Of a stretch of 64,000 nucleotides of DNA, positions 18,502 through 26,932 are shown one piece after another. A model generated the notes under the pieces. The model saw nothing but the letters and a program-made list of their open reading frames with translations, searched no databases and was not told the DNA's origin. Within the stretch, counting starts at the first letter, position 1. Each line of letters opens with the position of its first letter. The DNA is from Woeseiaceae bacterium (GTDB lineage: Bacteria; Pseudomonadota; Gammaproteobacteria; Steroidobacterales; Woeseiaceae), in assembly GCA_021773055.1 (NCBI GenBank), contig JAJFKV010000044.1, positions 20,151 to 84,150 of the forward strand. The letters are read 5' to 3'. The position numbers and the translations under genes are program-made.

Positions 18502-20443
18502 TGTTGATATAGGGAGTGGCAGGGCAATTCACATAGCGCAGGCGTGTTCCTTGCGGTACCAGCGTGTCCGCTCGCACTGCTGTCGCCGCATTGCTGAAAG
18601 TGCCGCCTTGTGCAGACTCATGTACGCCAAGGAACGCAATCATGTCGTCCTGATCGACGCCATCTCCGGAAACTCCGATGCCGCCAATGAGTTGTGAGCC
18701 ACGGTAGATCGGTACGCTGCCCGGAAAAATCTGGGTGCCGTTGGCAAGCGCCGGAATGACGCCTGCGGATACAAAGTTGTTGTCGAAGCCATCCACACCC
18801 GTGCAATTTGCAGGCACATCGGGGACCAGGCCCGCGACGAAGCCGACGTGTTGCACCAGCGCGTTATAAACGAGGTCCAGCTGCAGGCCGGTTGAAAAAG
18901 GACTCCATTGTCCGGCGGGTTTACTGAATGGACCCGGTGGATTGCCCGTCACGCCATCCGGGAAAAAAGGACGAGAGAGATTGCCACCCGCGCGGTCAGA
19001 AAACGCGATTGCGCCGTCGGTCAGTGCGTTGGGCAAGCCAAGGAAAGATTGTGCTGCGATGACGTACTGTGACAGTGGCTCTTTGCGTAGAAGAACAAGA
19101 CCGCCGTTTAAATAGGTCGCCGCCGGAACGCCATTTAGCGAGGCGGCCGCCGCGGCAGAAGAAAAGAAAGCCGCTGTTCGTGCTTTCTGCAGCGATACAT
19201 CCGTACCAAAAACCGGTGCATCTCGTGTTCTTACTATGCCGAGAATTACTCCGTTGGAGTCAACAACGGAAATCGTTACTCGGGCCTGGGTGCCACCGGG
19301 CTGGCGAATTTGTGCGCGTGAACGATTGGCCACCACCAAAGCCTGACTGAGGATGGCCTGAACTTCCGCTGCCGTTAAGGCCGAAGCGCCATCGGTGCCG
19401 GCGATCGGGCGATAGCGTTCAAGGTTGGCATTGTCGACAAGGACGAATGCGTCGAGACCGGCGTAATCGAGGGTGTCGGGACGAATGCCCGATGCGGGTT
19501 GTCCGAACGCTACGCCAGCGTTGGTTGTCGCCGCGACGTACCCGGGTACAGCGAGCAGCATTCCAGCGACGTTGTTGATGCTGGCAAATGTCGCTGCGCT
19601 GTTGGGGTCGGTAAGTAGCCCCGCTTGTGTTGCGTCTGAGAAGCGCAGGCTGCGACCGTCTACGGCGATGCGGTGAGCGCGTCGGTCATCAGGAGCCGCG
19701 AACCCGGATGCGGCAGCCAGTGCGATGAATTCATCGTTATCCTGGTCGAGGTCGGAAATATCGGGATCAAAGGAGTACAGCGCATCACTGATGACGCCAA
19801 CACCGCCGACGGGAGTGCCACCTTTATATAAAGGAAAGCCGCCAGAATCTGCGGCCAGGCCCAGTGGTGACCGGTGCGGGCCGGCGTCCGGCACGCCGCC
19901 CGCGTAGCGAGTTATGAGGTCGGAGCAGGCCAGCTGACTGAATTGCACACCGAATAACGGGCCAGCCGGCTGCAAATTATCTTGCGGATTGAAATGGTCC
20001 TGCACGATCTGGCTGGCAGTTCGTGTGCTGAACGCATTGCCTTCGGTCGAGAGGTAGGCCGCGGTTACGGCTTTGGAAATAGCGGCCATGCTGCCGGGAA
20101 TTATATTCACGCCTTCGAGGCCACCGTCTATGTTTCCGCCCGGTGATGTGATCGTTATGGCCACCGCAGCTGCGTTCATCTGAAAAACGGCGAGCACATT
20201 ACCCACACGATCAACAACAGCAATGGTACCGTCGACGTTGCGCGCTTGCGCTTCGCTGACCGCACGAGCTATGACGCTTTCGACATCTACAACACTCAGT
20301 TGCGTCGGTGTGTTCGCACAGAATCCATCGCAGCCGACTGCCGGCGTACTAACGTCAACATCTGTAGATTGCGGCCGGGAGCCACCACCGCATGCAGTGA
20401 TGAGCAGCAGAGCTGCGATCAAAAGTGGTGTGCGATGAATCAC
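18470..20443 (-). CDS. Lipoprotein with two GlcG/HbpS-like (DUF336, haem-binding/degrading fold) regions
   Basis: Lipobox LLITAC-GGG. GlcG-like segments are VESVIARAVSEAQARNVDGTIAVVDRVGNVLAVFQM, VTISVVDSNGVILGIVRTRDAPVFGTDVSLQKARTAAFF and PIYRGSQLIGGIGVSGDGVDQDDMIA. The GTG start forms a 4-nt overlap with the upstream stop. Confidence 0.65.
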   Translation of the reverse strand: MIHRTPLLIAALLLITACGGGSRPQSTDVDVSTPAVGCDGFCANTPTQLSVVDVESVIARAVSEAQARNVDGTIAVVDRVGNVLAVFQMNAAAVAITITSPGGNIDGGLEGVNIIPGSMAAISKAVTAAYLSTEGNAFSTRTASQIVQDHFNPQDNLQPAGPLFGVQFSQLACSDLITRYAGGVPDAGPHRSPLGLAADSGGFPLYKGGTPVGGVGVISDALYSFDPDISDLDQDNDEFIALAAASGFAAPDDRRAHRIAVDGRSLRFSDATQAGLLTDPNSAATFASINNVAGMLLAVPGYVAATTNAGVAFGQPASGIRPDTLDYAGLDAFVLVDNANLERYRPIAGTDGASALTAAEVQAILSQALVVANRSRAQIRQPGGTQARVTISVVDSNGVILGIVRTRDAPVFGTDVSLQKARTAAFFSSAAAAASLNGVPAATYLNGGLVLLRKEPLSQYVIAAQSFLGLPNALTDGAIAFSDRAGGNLSRPFFPDGVTGNPPGPFSKPAGQWSPFSTGLQLDLVYNALVQHVGFVAGLVPDVPANCTGVDGFDNNFVSAGVIPALANGTQIFPGSVPIYRGSQLIGGIGVSGDGVDQDDMIAFLGVHESAQGGTFSNAATAVRADTLVPQGTRLRYVNCPATPYINSDEQNVCENK

Positions 20444-22044
20444 GGATATGAGTCCTTCGCCTCAAAGTGGAAACCGTGGCACATGACGCAAGTGCTCGAA
20501 ATTTGAGTTGCTGAATTACGTCCGGACTCACCGCTGCCATGGCAATCACGACACACGCTGATGCCCGGTATCAATAGATCAGTGGCAACTTCCGACTGCG
20601 TCGCAAAGTGGCAGCTATCGCAGCCGCTCACATCAGTATCGTGGGAGGCGTGCGAGAAAACCGCGTGCGGGAAAAATATTTCCGTCAGTTGTACCGGATC
20701 AATGTGCCAGGGAACGTCACCCTCGGTGTTCGTCACCGTGTGGCAATTGATACAAGCTCGCCTCTCAAACAGGTCCTCTGCGACATTTAAAGCTTCGGTG
20801 CGTGCCTCTGCCGCCACGCGGTCCCGGTCCGCCCGCGAGAGCCTTCTTCCCGGCCGTCGTACGCGTTGATCGACTACATCGGGATCTGCGCCTAACAGGC
20901 GTGCGCTGTAATACTCGATCAATGCCTGCACGACGGCATCAGCATCACCGTGTGGGACTGTGCGTGTCGGTTCATCCGGGTCAAATGCCAGGGTATGGCA
21001 GTCGCTGCAGTGTTTATCCATCGAGATCGCCTGCATGCGCGCGCCGCCGGGATCCGGCGTATGACATTCAGCGCACTCAATGACGCGCATGCCGTCGGGC
21101 GTGATGATGCCATTTGGGTCCAGGTGAATCAGGTGATTGAAATTTAGGTTCGATACATCGGCATGTGTGGCTGATGTCAGTTCAAGCTGATCGATCAACC
21201 ATTCCGTTTCGCCGTCAGGAGACTCTGTCGGTCGCTTGAGACTGACTTCGAAATTCGGATGGTCATCGAGAAAATCTGCCGCGTTTTGCAGTTCCACACC
21301 GCTTGGCAGGTTTGCGTGACAATCAGCACACAGATCCTGATGCTGGTTAACCAGTTGCGGTGGTTCGTTGTGCTCGAGGTGGCACAACGCGCAGCGCGTC
21401 TCCCCAAGTACTGCATGTTGACGTTCCGTTGCGTGGCGTTGCACGGCGTGGCATTCGACACAGGCATCATCCGGCACGCGCTTGAACAATGTGGTGTGGC
21501 AGCTGCCGCAGTCGCTTGCGATCGACGCATGCGCGCTATTCACCGGCCCGGCCAGTAAGAAATCGTGCATGACTAATGCTGGCATGGCGAAGCCGAGAAG
21601 CAGCACGACCGCGACGAGTGTCCATGCAATCTTGCGTTTGCTCCAGCCACCAATTCCGCTTGTTGGTGTACTCCACCGGGATATCAGGTGCTCGTCGTCG
21701 GCGTCTTCGCGGAGCTCAAAGCTAATTGCGAAGTTGAAGCCGTCGGGAGGGTCGATGACGCGAATGACGTTCGCACCAACCTCAATTACATCACCTGCAC
21801 TTAGCCTGGTGCTACGTTGTGATTTTCCGTTGACAGTAACGCCTGCCATCGCGTTCGTAGTGATGTGGATCGCCCCGTCTTTCGGTTCAATCACGGCGTG
21901 TTGTAATCGCGCCCGGCGATCTTTCAGGTGCAATACCTGGTCTGTGGAGCGGCCAATCGTGATCGCCGGTGCATCGACGGGGTGGTCATGCTGTTCAACG
22001 CCACCGGCTGCATTTCTTGTGATGAATCGAATCAGATAGGCCAT
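20440..22044 (-). CDS. FHA domain - single TM - periplasmic decahaem c-type cytochrome
   Basis: N-terminal FHA-like region (ITIGRSTDQVLHLKDRRARLQHAVIEPKDGAIHITTNAMAGVTVNGKS...GDVIEVGANVIRV) followed by the TM helix WTLVAVVLLLGFAMPALV. Ten CXXCH motifs follow (CGSCH, CVECH, CALCH, CADCH, CAECH, CSDCH, CINCH, CDSCH, CRDCH, CVMCH). Confidence 0.85.
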   Translation of the reverse strand: MAYLIRFITRNAAGGVEQHDHPVDAPAITIGRSTDQVLHLKDRRARLQHAVIEPKDGAIHITTNAMAGVTVNGKSQRSTRLSAGDVIEVGANVIRVIDPPDGFNFAISFELREDADDEHLISRWSTPTSGIGGWSKRKIAWTLVAVVLLLGFAMPALVMHDFLLAGPVNSAHASIASDCGSCHTTLFKRVPDDACVECHAVQRHATERQHAVLGETRCALCHLEHNEPPQLVNQHQDLCADCHANLPSGVELQNAADFLDDHPNFEVSLKRPTESPDGETEWLIDQLELTSATHADVSNLNFNHLIHLDPNGIITPDGMRVIECAECHTPDPGGARMQAISMDKHCSDCHTLAFDPDEPTRTVPHGDADAVVQALIEYYSARLLGADPDVVDQRVRRPGRRLSRADRDRVAAEARTEALNVAEDLFERRACINCHTVTNTEGDVPWHIDPVQLTEIFFPHAVFSHASHDTDVSGCDSCHFATQSEVATDLLIPGISVCRDCHGSGESGRNSATQISSTCVMCHGFHFEAKDSYP

Positions 22045-22048
22045 ATCG

Positions 22049-22918
22049 TCACCAGTACAGGAACACGGTTAGGATATGCGCAATCAGGGCCATAAGCAGA
22101 GCGGCCGTCAACGGGACATGGGCATAAAGCCAGATCTCAATGCCAGCCTGTAATTTCAGGTCTGCGCCGACCTGTCGCAAGAGTTTGCGCTTGTTGCGAA
22201 GCAGGGCGGACAACTCCGCGATCGTCGCGGCAGAATTCGCATCAGCACGCGATTGTTGCTCGGCGAGCCAGTCCATCGCAGCTTCCTGACCCGGGTTTAG
22301 AATGGTTTCCGCCTGATTCGGTATCTGAATACGGGACCGGTCTTCGTTACGCAATCGCTGCCACAAGGTACTGCCCAGCTCAGTACGCTGAATGCCACTG
22401 GTAACGAAGTCCTGATACTCATTTGGCAGATTTTCAGCAACCCGGCGGCTGCGCCGGTCAATGTCATCCAGCTGGTCGAGCAGCTCTGAACGACTCGAGC
22501 CATCACGATTTTCACTAAGCCGTTCCGGATACTTCAAATAGATGAAAACACCGTACATGCCGCTGACGATGACCAGTGTCATGAGCGCGAAAGCCAGCGT
22601 GTGAATATTCCATCCGACCTGGAACCCGGCATGCAGAAGAACGATGACAAACAACGCGATGCCGAAATAGACGTGCGCCGACAGCCAGCCCTGCAAGGTT
22701 CCCGCGGTCGAGCTGTAGCGTCGCTTTCGCACGCCAAACCACGTTAACCAGACAATCATTAACGCTCCGAATGTTCCCAGCGTGTAGCCAAGTACTGTGC
22801 CACCGTTGGGAGGCTCCTGTGGGTCATGAATCCAGTAGGCAAGCAGACAAACAATAGTCAGTGCCGTCGCCGCCCAAAGATAGCGGTACCTCCTGAAGAC
22901 GAGTATCGATTCGTGCAT
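22049..22918 (-). CDS. Integral membrane protein (4 TM + ~130-aa soluble insert + 1 TM) with two H-x13-H helices; putative di-haem b-type electron carrier
   Basis: TM3 is SAHVYFGIALFVIVLLHAGF and TM5 is YAHVPLTAALLMALIAHILTV, each with two His separated by exactly 13 residues. No other family motif was recognised. Confidence 0.55.
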   Translation of the reverse strand: MHESILVFRRYRYLWAATALTIVCLLAYWIHDPQEPPNGGTVLGYTLGTFGALMIVWLTWFGVRKRRYSSTAGTLQGWLSAHVYFGIALFVIVLLHAGFQVGWNIHTLAFALMTLVIVSGMYGVFIYLKYPERLSENRDGSSRSELLDQLDDIDRRSRRVAENLPNEYQDFVTSGIQRTELGSTLWQRLRNEDRSRIQIPNQAETILNPGQEAAMDWLAEQQSRADANSAATIAELSALLRNKRKLLRQVGADLKLQAGIEIWLYAHVPLTAALLMALIAHILTVFLYW

Positions 22919-22919
22919 C

Positions 22920-25301
22920 TCAGCTCGCCTTCTTGGTTAGATTGACGAACTCGGCAGGGCTCATTCGCAATGCCGCGCCGGTAGGGCACGCTCGTACGCA
23001 GGCCGGCCCGCCAGAAAGGTCTTTGCACATGTCGCATTTGACGGCTTTCTTGATGGCCGTCTTGCTGGCATCGGGACTACCTATGGCCTGACGTTCACCG
23101 GGCGCGGCGCCTTTGCCCGTCAGCAGCCAGTTCAACAGGCTCGGTGCCGCTTCTTTTTCGCTCGCCATTTGGATAACGCCATACGGGCAGTTGCGCTCGC
23201 AATTACCACAACCGATGCAACTGTCTTCAATATAAACTTCGCCATTGGGGGCGCGACGGATGGCGTCGGGCGGGCAGTCCTTCATGCAATGCGGATCTTC
23301 GCAGTGACGACACGAGGTCGGTACGTGAACCTGTGCATAGGACGGCCCGGCAGCGCGGTCGAGTCGTGATGTGCCGCCGTGGGTCTCCGCACAGGCTTTC
23401 TCGCAATTGTCGCAACCGACACACAAGGACTCGTCAATCAGCAGCACATCAGTTGCTTCACCCAGACCTTGTTGCATCAGGAATGAAATCAGGTCACCCG
23501 CATCCGGAGCGGCCTCCATGCGCAGGTTCTCACTGATGCGCTCTTTCACTTTTGTCTGGATGCGTTCACGCAGCCCGGTGTTGCGCAGCAGCATGGTCTG
23601 AAAAACGTCGGCGCGCAGGAAGACCGACTCTGTTGCCACAGTCGCCGTGACGGTCGCCGATCGACGCGTTTCTCCAACCAGGCCCATCTCGCCGACGTAG
23701 TTGCCCGCTGCCACGTAAGTCGTGACGATGTCGCGGCCACCGATATGGCGCGACACTGAAACCGAACCATTGCGTATCAGGTGCAATCCGTCTGCCTCAT
23801 CACCTTCTTTGAAGAGAACGTCATTAGCTCGAAATGAAATAAGCTCTGCCGTTGCAGCGACGGCTTCGAGCTCGCCCAGGGGTGAGTCCGGTACGAGATC
23901 AGCCTGCAAAGTGCGCACGATAAAGTGCTGATCGATGACCTGCCGCACCGGTTCGTAGCTGTTCATCAGCTTGATCATTTCGCGGCGCGGTGTTTCCAGT
24001 AACACGCAGTCCGCTGATGCACGCACAGTCGCTGAACGCCTGCGACCCGACAGTAAACTCATTTCGCCGAAGAACTGACCCTGACCCAGGCCGATAAACT
24101 GGCCATCATCCGTTTCGACCTCCACTTCGCCTTCGACGATGGATATGAACGAGTTGGTGTAATCATTCTTGTGGAAAATAACGTCGGCGCGCTTCGGCGT
24201 GAGCAATTCACTCGCGAGAACAAGTTCACGCAACACGAGACCATTAACGTTTTCAAACAGCGATACGTTGCCGCGAATCAACGCCAGTGTGTCATCGACA
24301 CCCTTGCCATACGGCAAGTGCCGGAACTTATCTTCGAGTATGCCGTGATCGGCCGGCAAAATATCGTTGCCCTTAATGAACTCAACGACTTCGTAGCCCT
24401 GGTTCATCGCCTGTTTGATAAGGGGGTAGCCCCCCAGTGCACCGATGACATACAGACCGGGCACATTGGATTCATAATGACCTGAAAGCTCGGGCAAGGT
24501 TGTTGGCTCATCACTCGGAAAAGTAATGCCAGTGGATTCCACGAAGCGACGCGGTGGGATGGCACCAACACGAGCGATCACGCGGTCGCACTCAACACGA
24601 GTCTCACCGGTCTCAGTGTTCAGGTTGATGGCTTTCGAGACTTCGATCGATGCGACACCTGTGTTGAAAAAACAGCTGATCGAACCATCTTCAATGGCGC
24701 GGGTAATCAGCGTCAGGTTGCCTTCTTTCGCGCGCGCAAACTCATCCCGGCGATTAACGATGACAACGGCGTTATTGCGCGCCAGCGCCACAGCATTTTC
24801 GATAGCCGCATCGCCAGCACCAACGATGGCGATAGTTTCATTCTTGTATTCATCGGGGTCGTCCAGCGTGTATTGCACACTTGAGTCACTCTCCCCGTCG
24901 ACGCCCATCTTGCGTGGATTACCCTGCAACCCTATGGAAAGAACGATTGTTTCCGCCTGTAAGGTTTCACCGTCGGCAAGTTGCAGTTCGAATTCAGGTC
25001 TGGAGCCCGTAATGGCGGTTACTTCCGCGTTGTAACGAATATTGACCTCAAGATCGTCGAGTCCGGATTGCCAGCTGCTGAGAATCGCCTCGCGCGTGCC
25101 TGCCGCAAATCCAAGATCACTTCGCAGTGGCACGACAGACGGTTCGGCCATGACGTGCTTGCCTTTCTGGTAGCGCTGGATCGTATTGGCGGGCGCGGCG
25201 CTGCTTTCCAGCAGCAGGTATTTCAGCCCGAGCACTTGCGCGCGTGCAGCCGCACTTAATCCCGCCGGCCCCGCACCGACGATGACGAGCTCAAGACTCA
25301 C
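22920..25301 (-). CDS. Cytoplasmic FAD/NAD(P)-dependent oxidoreductase (thioredoxin-reductase-like) fused to two cyclic-nucleotide-binding domains and a 4x[4Fe-4S]-motif ferredoxin domain
   Basis: Dinucleotide folds LVIVGAGPAGLSAA and IAIVGAGDAAIENA. cNMP phosphate-binding cassettes FGEMSLLSGRRRSATVRA and VGEMGLVGETRRSATVTA. Cys clusters CVGCDNCEKAC, CRHCEDPHCMKDCP, CIGCGNCERNCP and CDMCKDLSGGPACVRACP. There is no signal peptide and the start is GTG. Confidence 0.85.
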   Translation of the reverse strand: MSLELVIVGAGPAGLSAAARAQVLGLKYLLLESSAAPANTIQRYQKGKHVMAEPSVVPLRSDLGFAAGTREAILSSWQSGLDDLEVNIRYNAEVTAITGSRPEFELQLADGETLQAETIVLSIGLQGNPRKMGVDGESDSSVQYTLDDPDEYKNETIAIVGAGDAAIENAVALARNNAVVIVNRRDEFARAKEGNLTLITRAIEDGSISCFFNTGVASIEVSKAINLNTETGETRVECDRVIARVGAIPPRRFVESTGITFPSDEPTTLPELSGHYESNVPGLYVIGALGGYPLIKQAMNQGYEVVEFIKGNDILPADHGILEDKFRHLPYGKGVDDTLALIRGNVSLFENVNGLVLRELVLASELLTPKRADVIFHKNDYTNSFISIVEGEVEVETDDGQFIGLGQGQFFGEMSLLSGRRRSATVRASADCVLLETPRREMIKLMNSYEPVRQVIDQHFIVRTLQADLVPDSPLGELEAVAATAELISFRANDVLFKEGDEADGLHLIRNGSVSVSRHIGGRDIVTTYVAAGNYVGEMGLVGETRRSATVTATVATESVFLRADVFQTMLLRNTGLRERIQTKVKERISENLRMEAAPDAGDLISFLMQQGLGEATDVLLIDESLCVGCDNCEKACAETHGGTSRLDRAAGPSYAQVHVPTSCRHCEDPHCMKDCPPDAIRRAPNGEVYIEDSCIGCGNCERNCPYGVIQMASEKEAAPSLLNWLLTGKGAAPGERQAIGSPDASKTAIKKAVKCDMCKDLSGGPACVRACPTGAALRMSPAEFVNLTKKAS

Positions 25302-26932
25302 GGATTGCCGAATGCGGCTGCGCCGGAAACTGTTGTTCCGCTTTGCGGGTCCTGCAGGCTGTAGGTCATACCAACGCCCGCAGGAATCGCAGGATCCGAA
25401 GTGTCGCCGGGCTCACTGAAGAAACCGGAGAAAGTACCACTGCCACCCGTGGCCCCACCCACCACGACCGCGTTGTAGAAGCCTTCGAACAAGTGGGCCG
25501 GCAAGCCGATCTCCATTCCCATATCGCCGTTGCCTGAAGCGCTCCACGTTACACCGCCGATATCGATGACCAGTGTGCTGCTCACAGCAAGGTTGGTGAA
25601 GTCGGCCAGGAACGTTGCGCTGCCGAGTACGCCAGTATTACCCCGGTTGTCTGTCGGTGATGTTGCACCGATTAGTGAGTAGGAGGCTGTGCCTGTGATC
25701 GGCATGACCGGTGGCGCCTCTGCCGCACTGCTAATCCAGTGCAGGCTTTGACTGCCGAGGTCTTGGCTGACGTCGCTGCCATCACTAAGCAGCGTGCCGC
25801 TGGCAACCCCACCCGACCAACGCCCCCAACGCAACACGGTCATGGTATCGAAGCCCGTATCGGTATTGGTTGAGGTGCCGATGTTCCATGCCGCTGGCTC
25901 GCTGGCTACTCTGCCGGGGTATGGGCCGATAAAGCCTTCGAGATTGTTGCCGCCATCAAGTTGCAGCGACGCAGGATCATTAACTTGCATACCGCTGAAG
26001 GCTGTTCCAATAGCACCGAGCGGACCGGTTGAGTAACTAATCGTACGACCGGCCGTTGCTCGCGGTGATTCACCCGGCGTGATGTCGATCGGCGTGCCGT
26101 CCGGATCGATACCGATCACGGGTTGTCGCGGCGTTTCCGGATTAGCGCTGTCCTTCGGATCGGTTTCCTGAGAGTCCGGAGCACCCGAAGCCGGGTTGCG
26201 ACGAAGACCAAGTTTGTCGTCAAAGCCAGCCCTTACCGGTGTGCCATTGGCATCGAAGCGCAAGTCGTTGTCATCGATCAATACGGAAGGCGGTGCGTCG
26301 AGCCTTTCGGGAACGCGCGACGCCATCGGAATGAAGGCGTATTCGCCAGCGCGAACCACTATCTCACCACCCGGGGCGCGAAATACTATTACTCCTGCTG
26401 TTACTCCGATGTATAAACCGTCTTCAATGGGCTCGCCCGGATTCACATTAGGCGCCCAGTCGCAGTCACCACTACAAAGTAATATCGCGAAATTGGTGCC
26501 GCGAATACCGAGCGTCCCAACTGGTGTGCGGACCTCGTAGTTCGCACGGTTTTCCTCTCCAATGGCACCCGTGATGGTGCGTAAGCCGCCCTTCACCAGC
26601 GAGATGACGCTCTTGTCCTGTGATGTTTCAACAATCGTTGGCGACGCAGCCGCGTAAACATATTCGTCGATGCGTATTTCACTGTTTGGCCGAACAGCGA
26701 TTTTCGCACCATCGATCATCAGCAGTTGCGCACGAGATGCATCACCGGTGCTAATCGTATCGGTAGCCAGGACACCGTCGCCTTTCGCCAGTGCGACCAC
26801 GGCGTCACGCTGTGCGGTGACAGAACCTTTGCTGAATAACACCGAGCCGGCATCGTCAGCGCTCGCCTCAGCAACGAAAAAAAGTGCAACTACAAGCGAT
26901 GCCTGTGTGCATACTTTGAAAGAATTAATCAT
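25298..26932 (-). CDS. Secreted FecR-domain protein with a C-terminal TbpB/Slam-cargo-like 8-stranded barrel domain
   Basis: Signal peptide MINSFKVCTQASLVVALFFVAEASA with no lipobox. FecR-like region KGSVTAQRDAVVALAKGDGVLATDTISTGDASRAQLLMIDGAKIAVRPNSEIRIDEY. The C-terminus (MPITGTASYSLIGAT...GSATFLADFTNLAVSSTLVI...GSGTFSGFFSEPG...VGMTYSL...VSGAAAFGN) follows the TbpB-handle/HpuA/hemophilin barrel pattern. ATG 26932 forms ATGA with the upstream stop; GTG 26944 is an alternative start. Confidence 0.65.
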   Translation of the reverse strand: MINSFKVCTQASLVVALFFVAEASADDAGSVLFSKGSVTAQRDAVVALAKGDGVLATDTISTGDASRAQLLMIDGAKIAVRPNSEIRIDEYVYAAASPTIVETSQDKSVISLVKGGLRTITGAIGEENRANYEVRTPVGTLGIRGTNFAILLCSGDCDWAPNVNPGEPIEDGLYIGVTAGVIVFRAPGGEIVVRAGEYAFIPMASRVPERLDAPPSVLIDDNDLRFDANGTPVRAGFDDKLGLRRNPASGAPDSQETDPKDSANPETPRQPVIGIDPDGTPIDITPGESPRATAGRTISYSTGPLGAIGTAFSGMQVNDPASLQLDGGNNLEGFIGPYPGRVASEPAAWNIGTSTNTDTGFDTMTVLRWGRWSGGVASGTLLSDGSDVSQDLGSQSLHWISSAAEAPPVMPITGTASYSLIGATSPTDNRGNTGVLGSATFLADFTNLAVSSTLVIDIGGVTWSASGNGDMGMEIGLPAHLFEGFYNAVVVGGATGGSGTFSGFFSEPGDTSDPAIPAGVGMTYSLQDPQSGTTVSGAAAFGNP

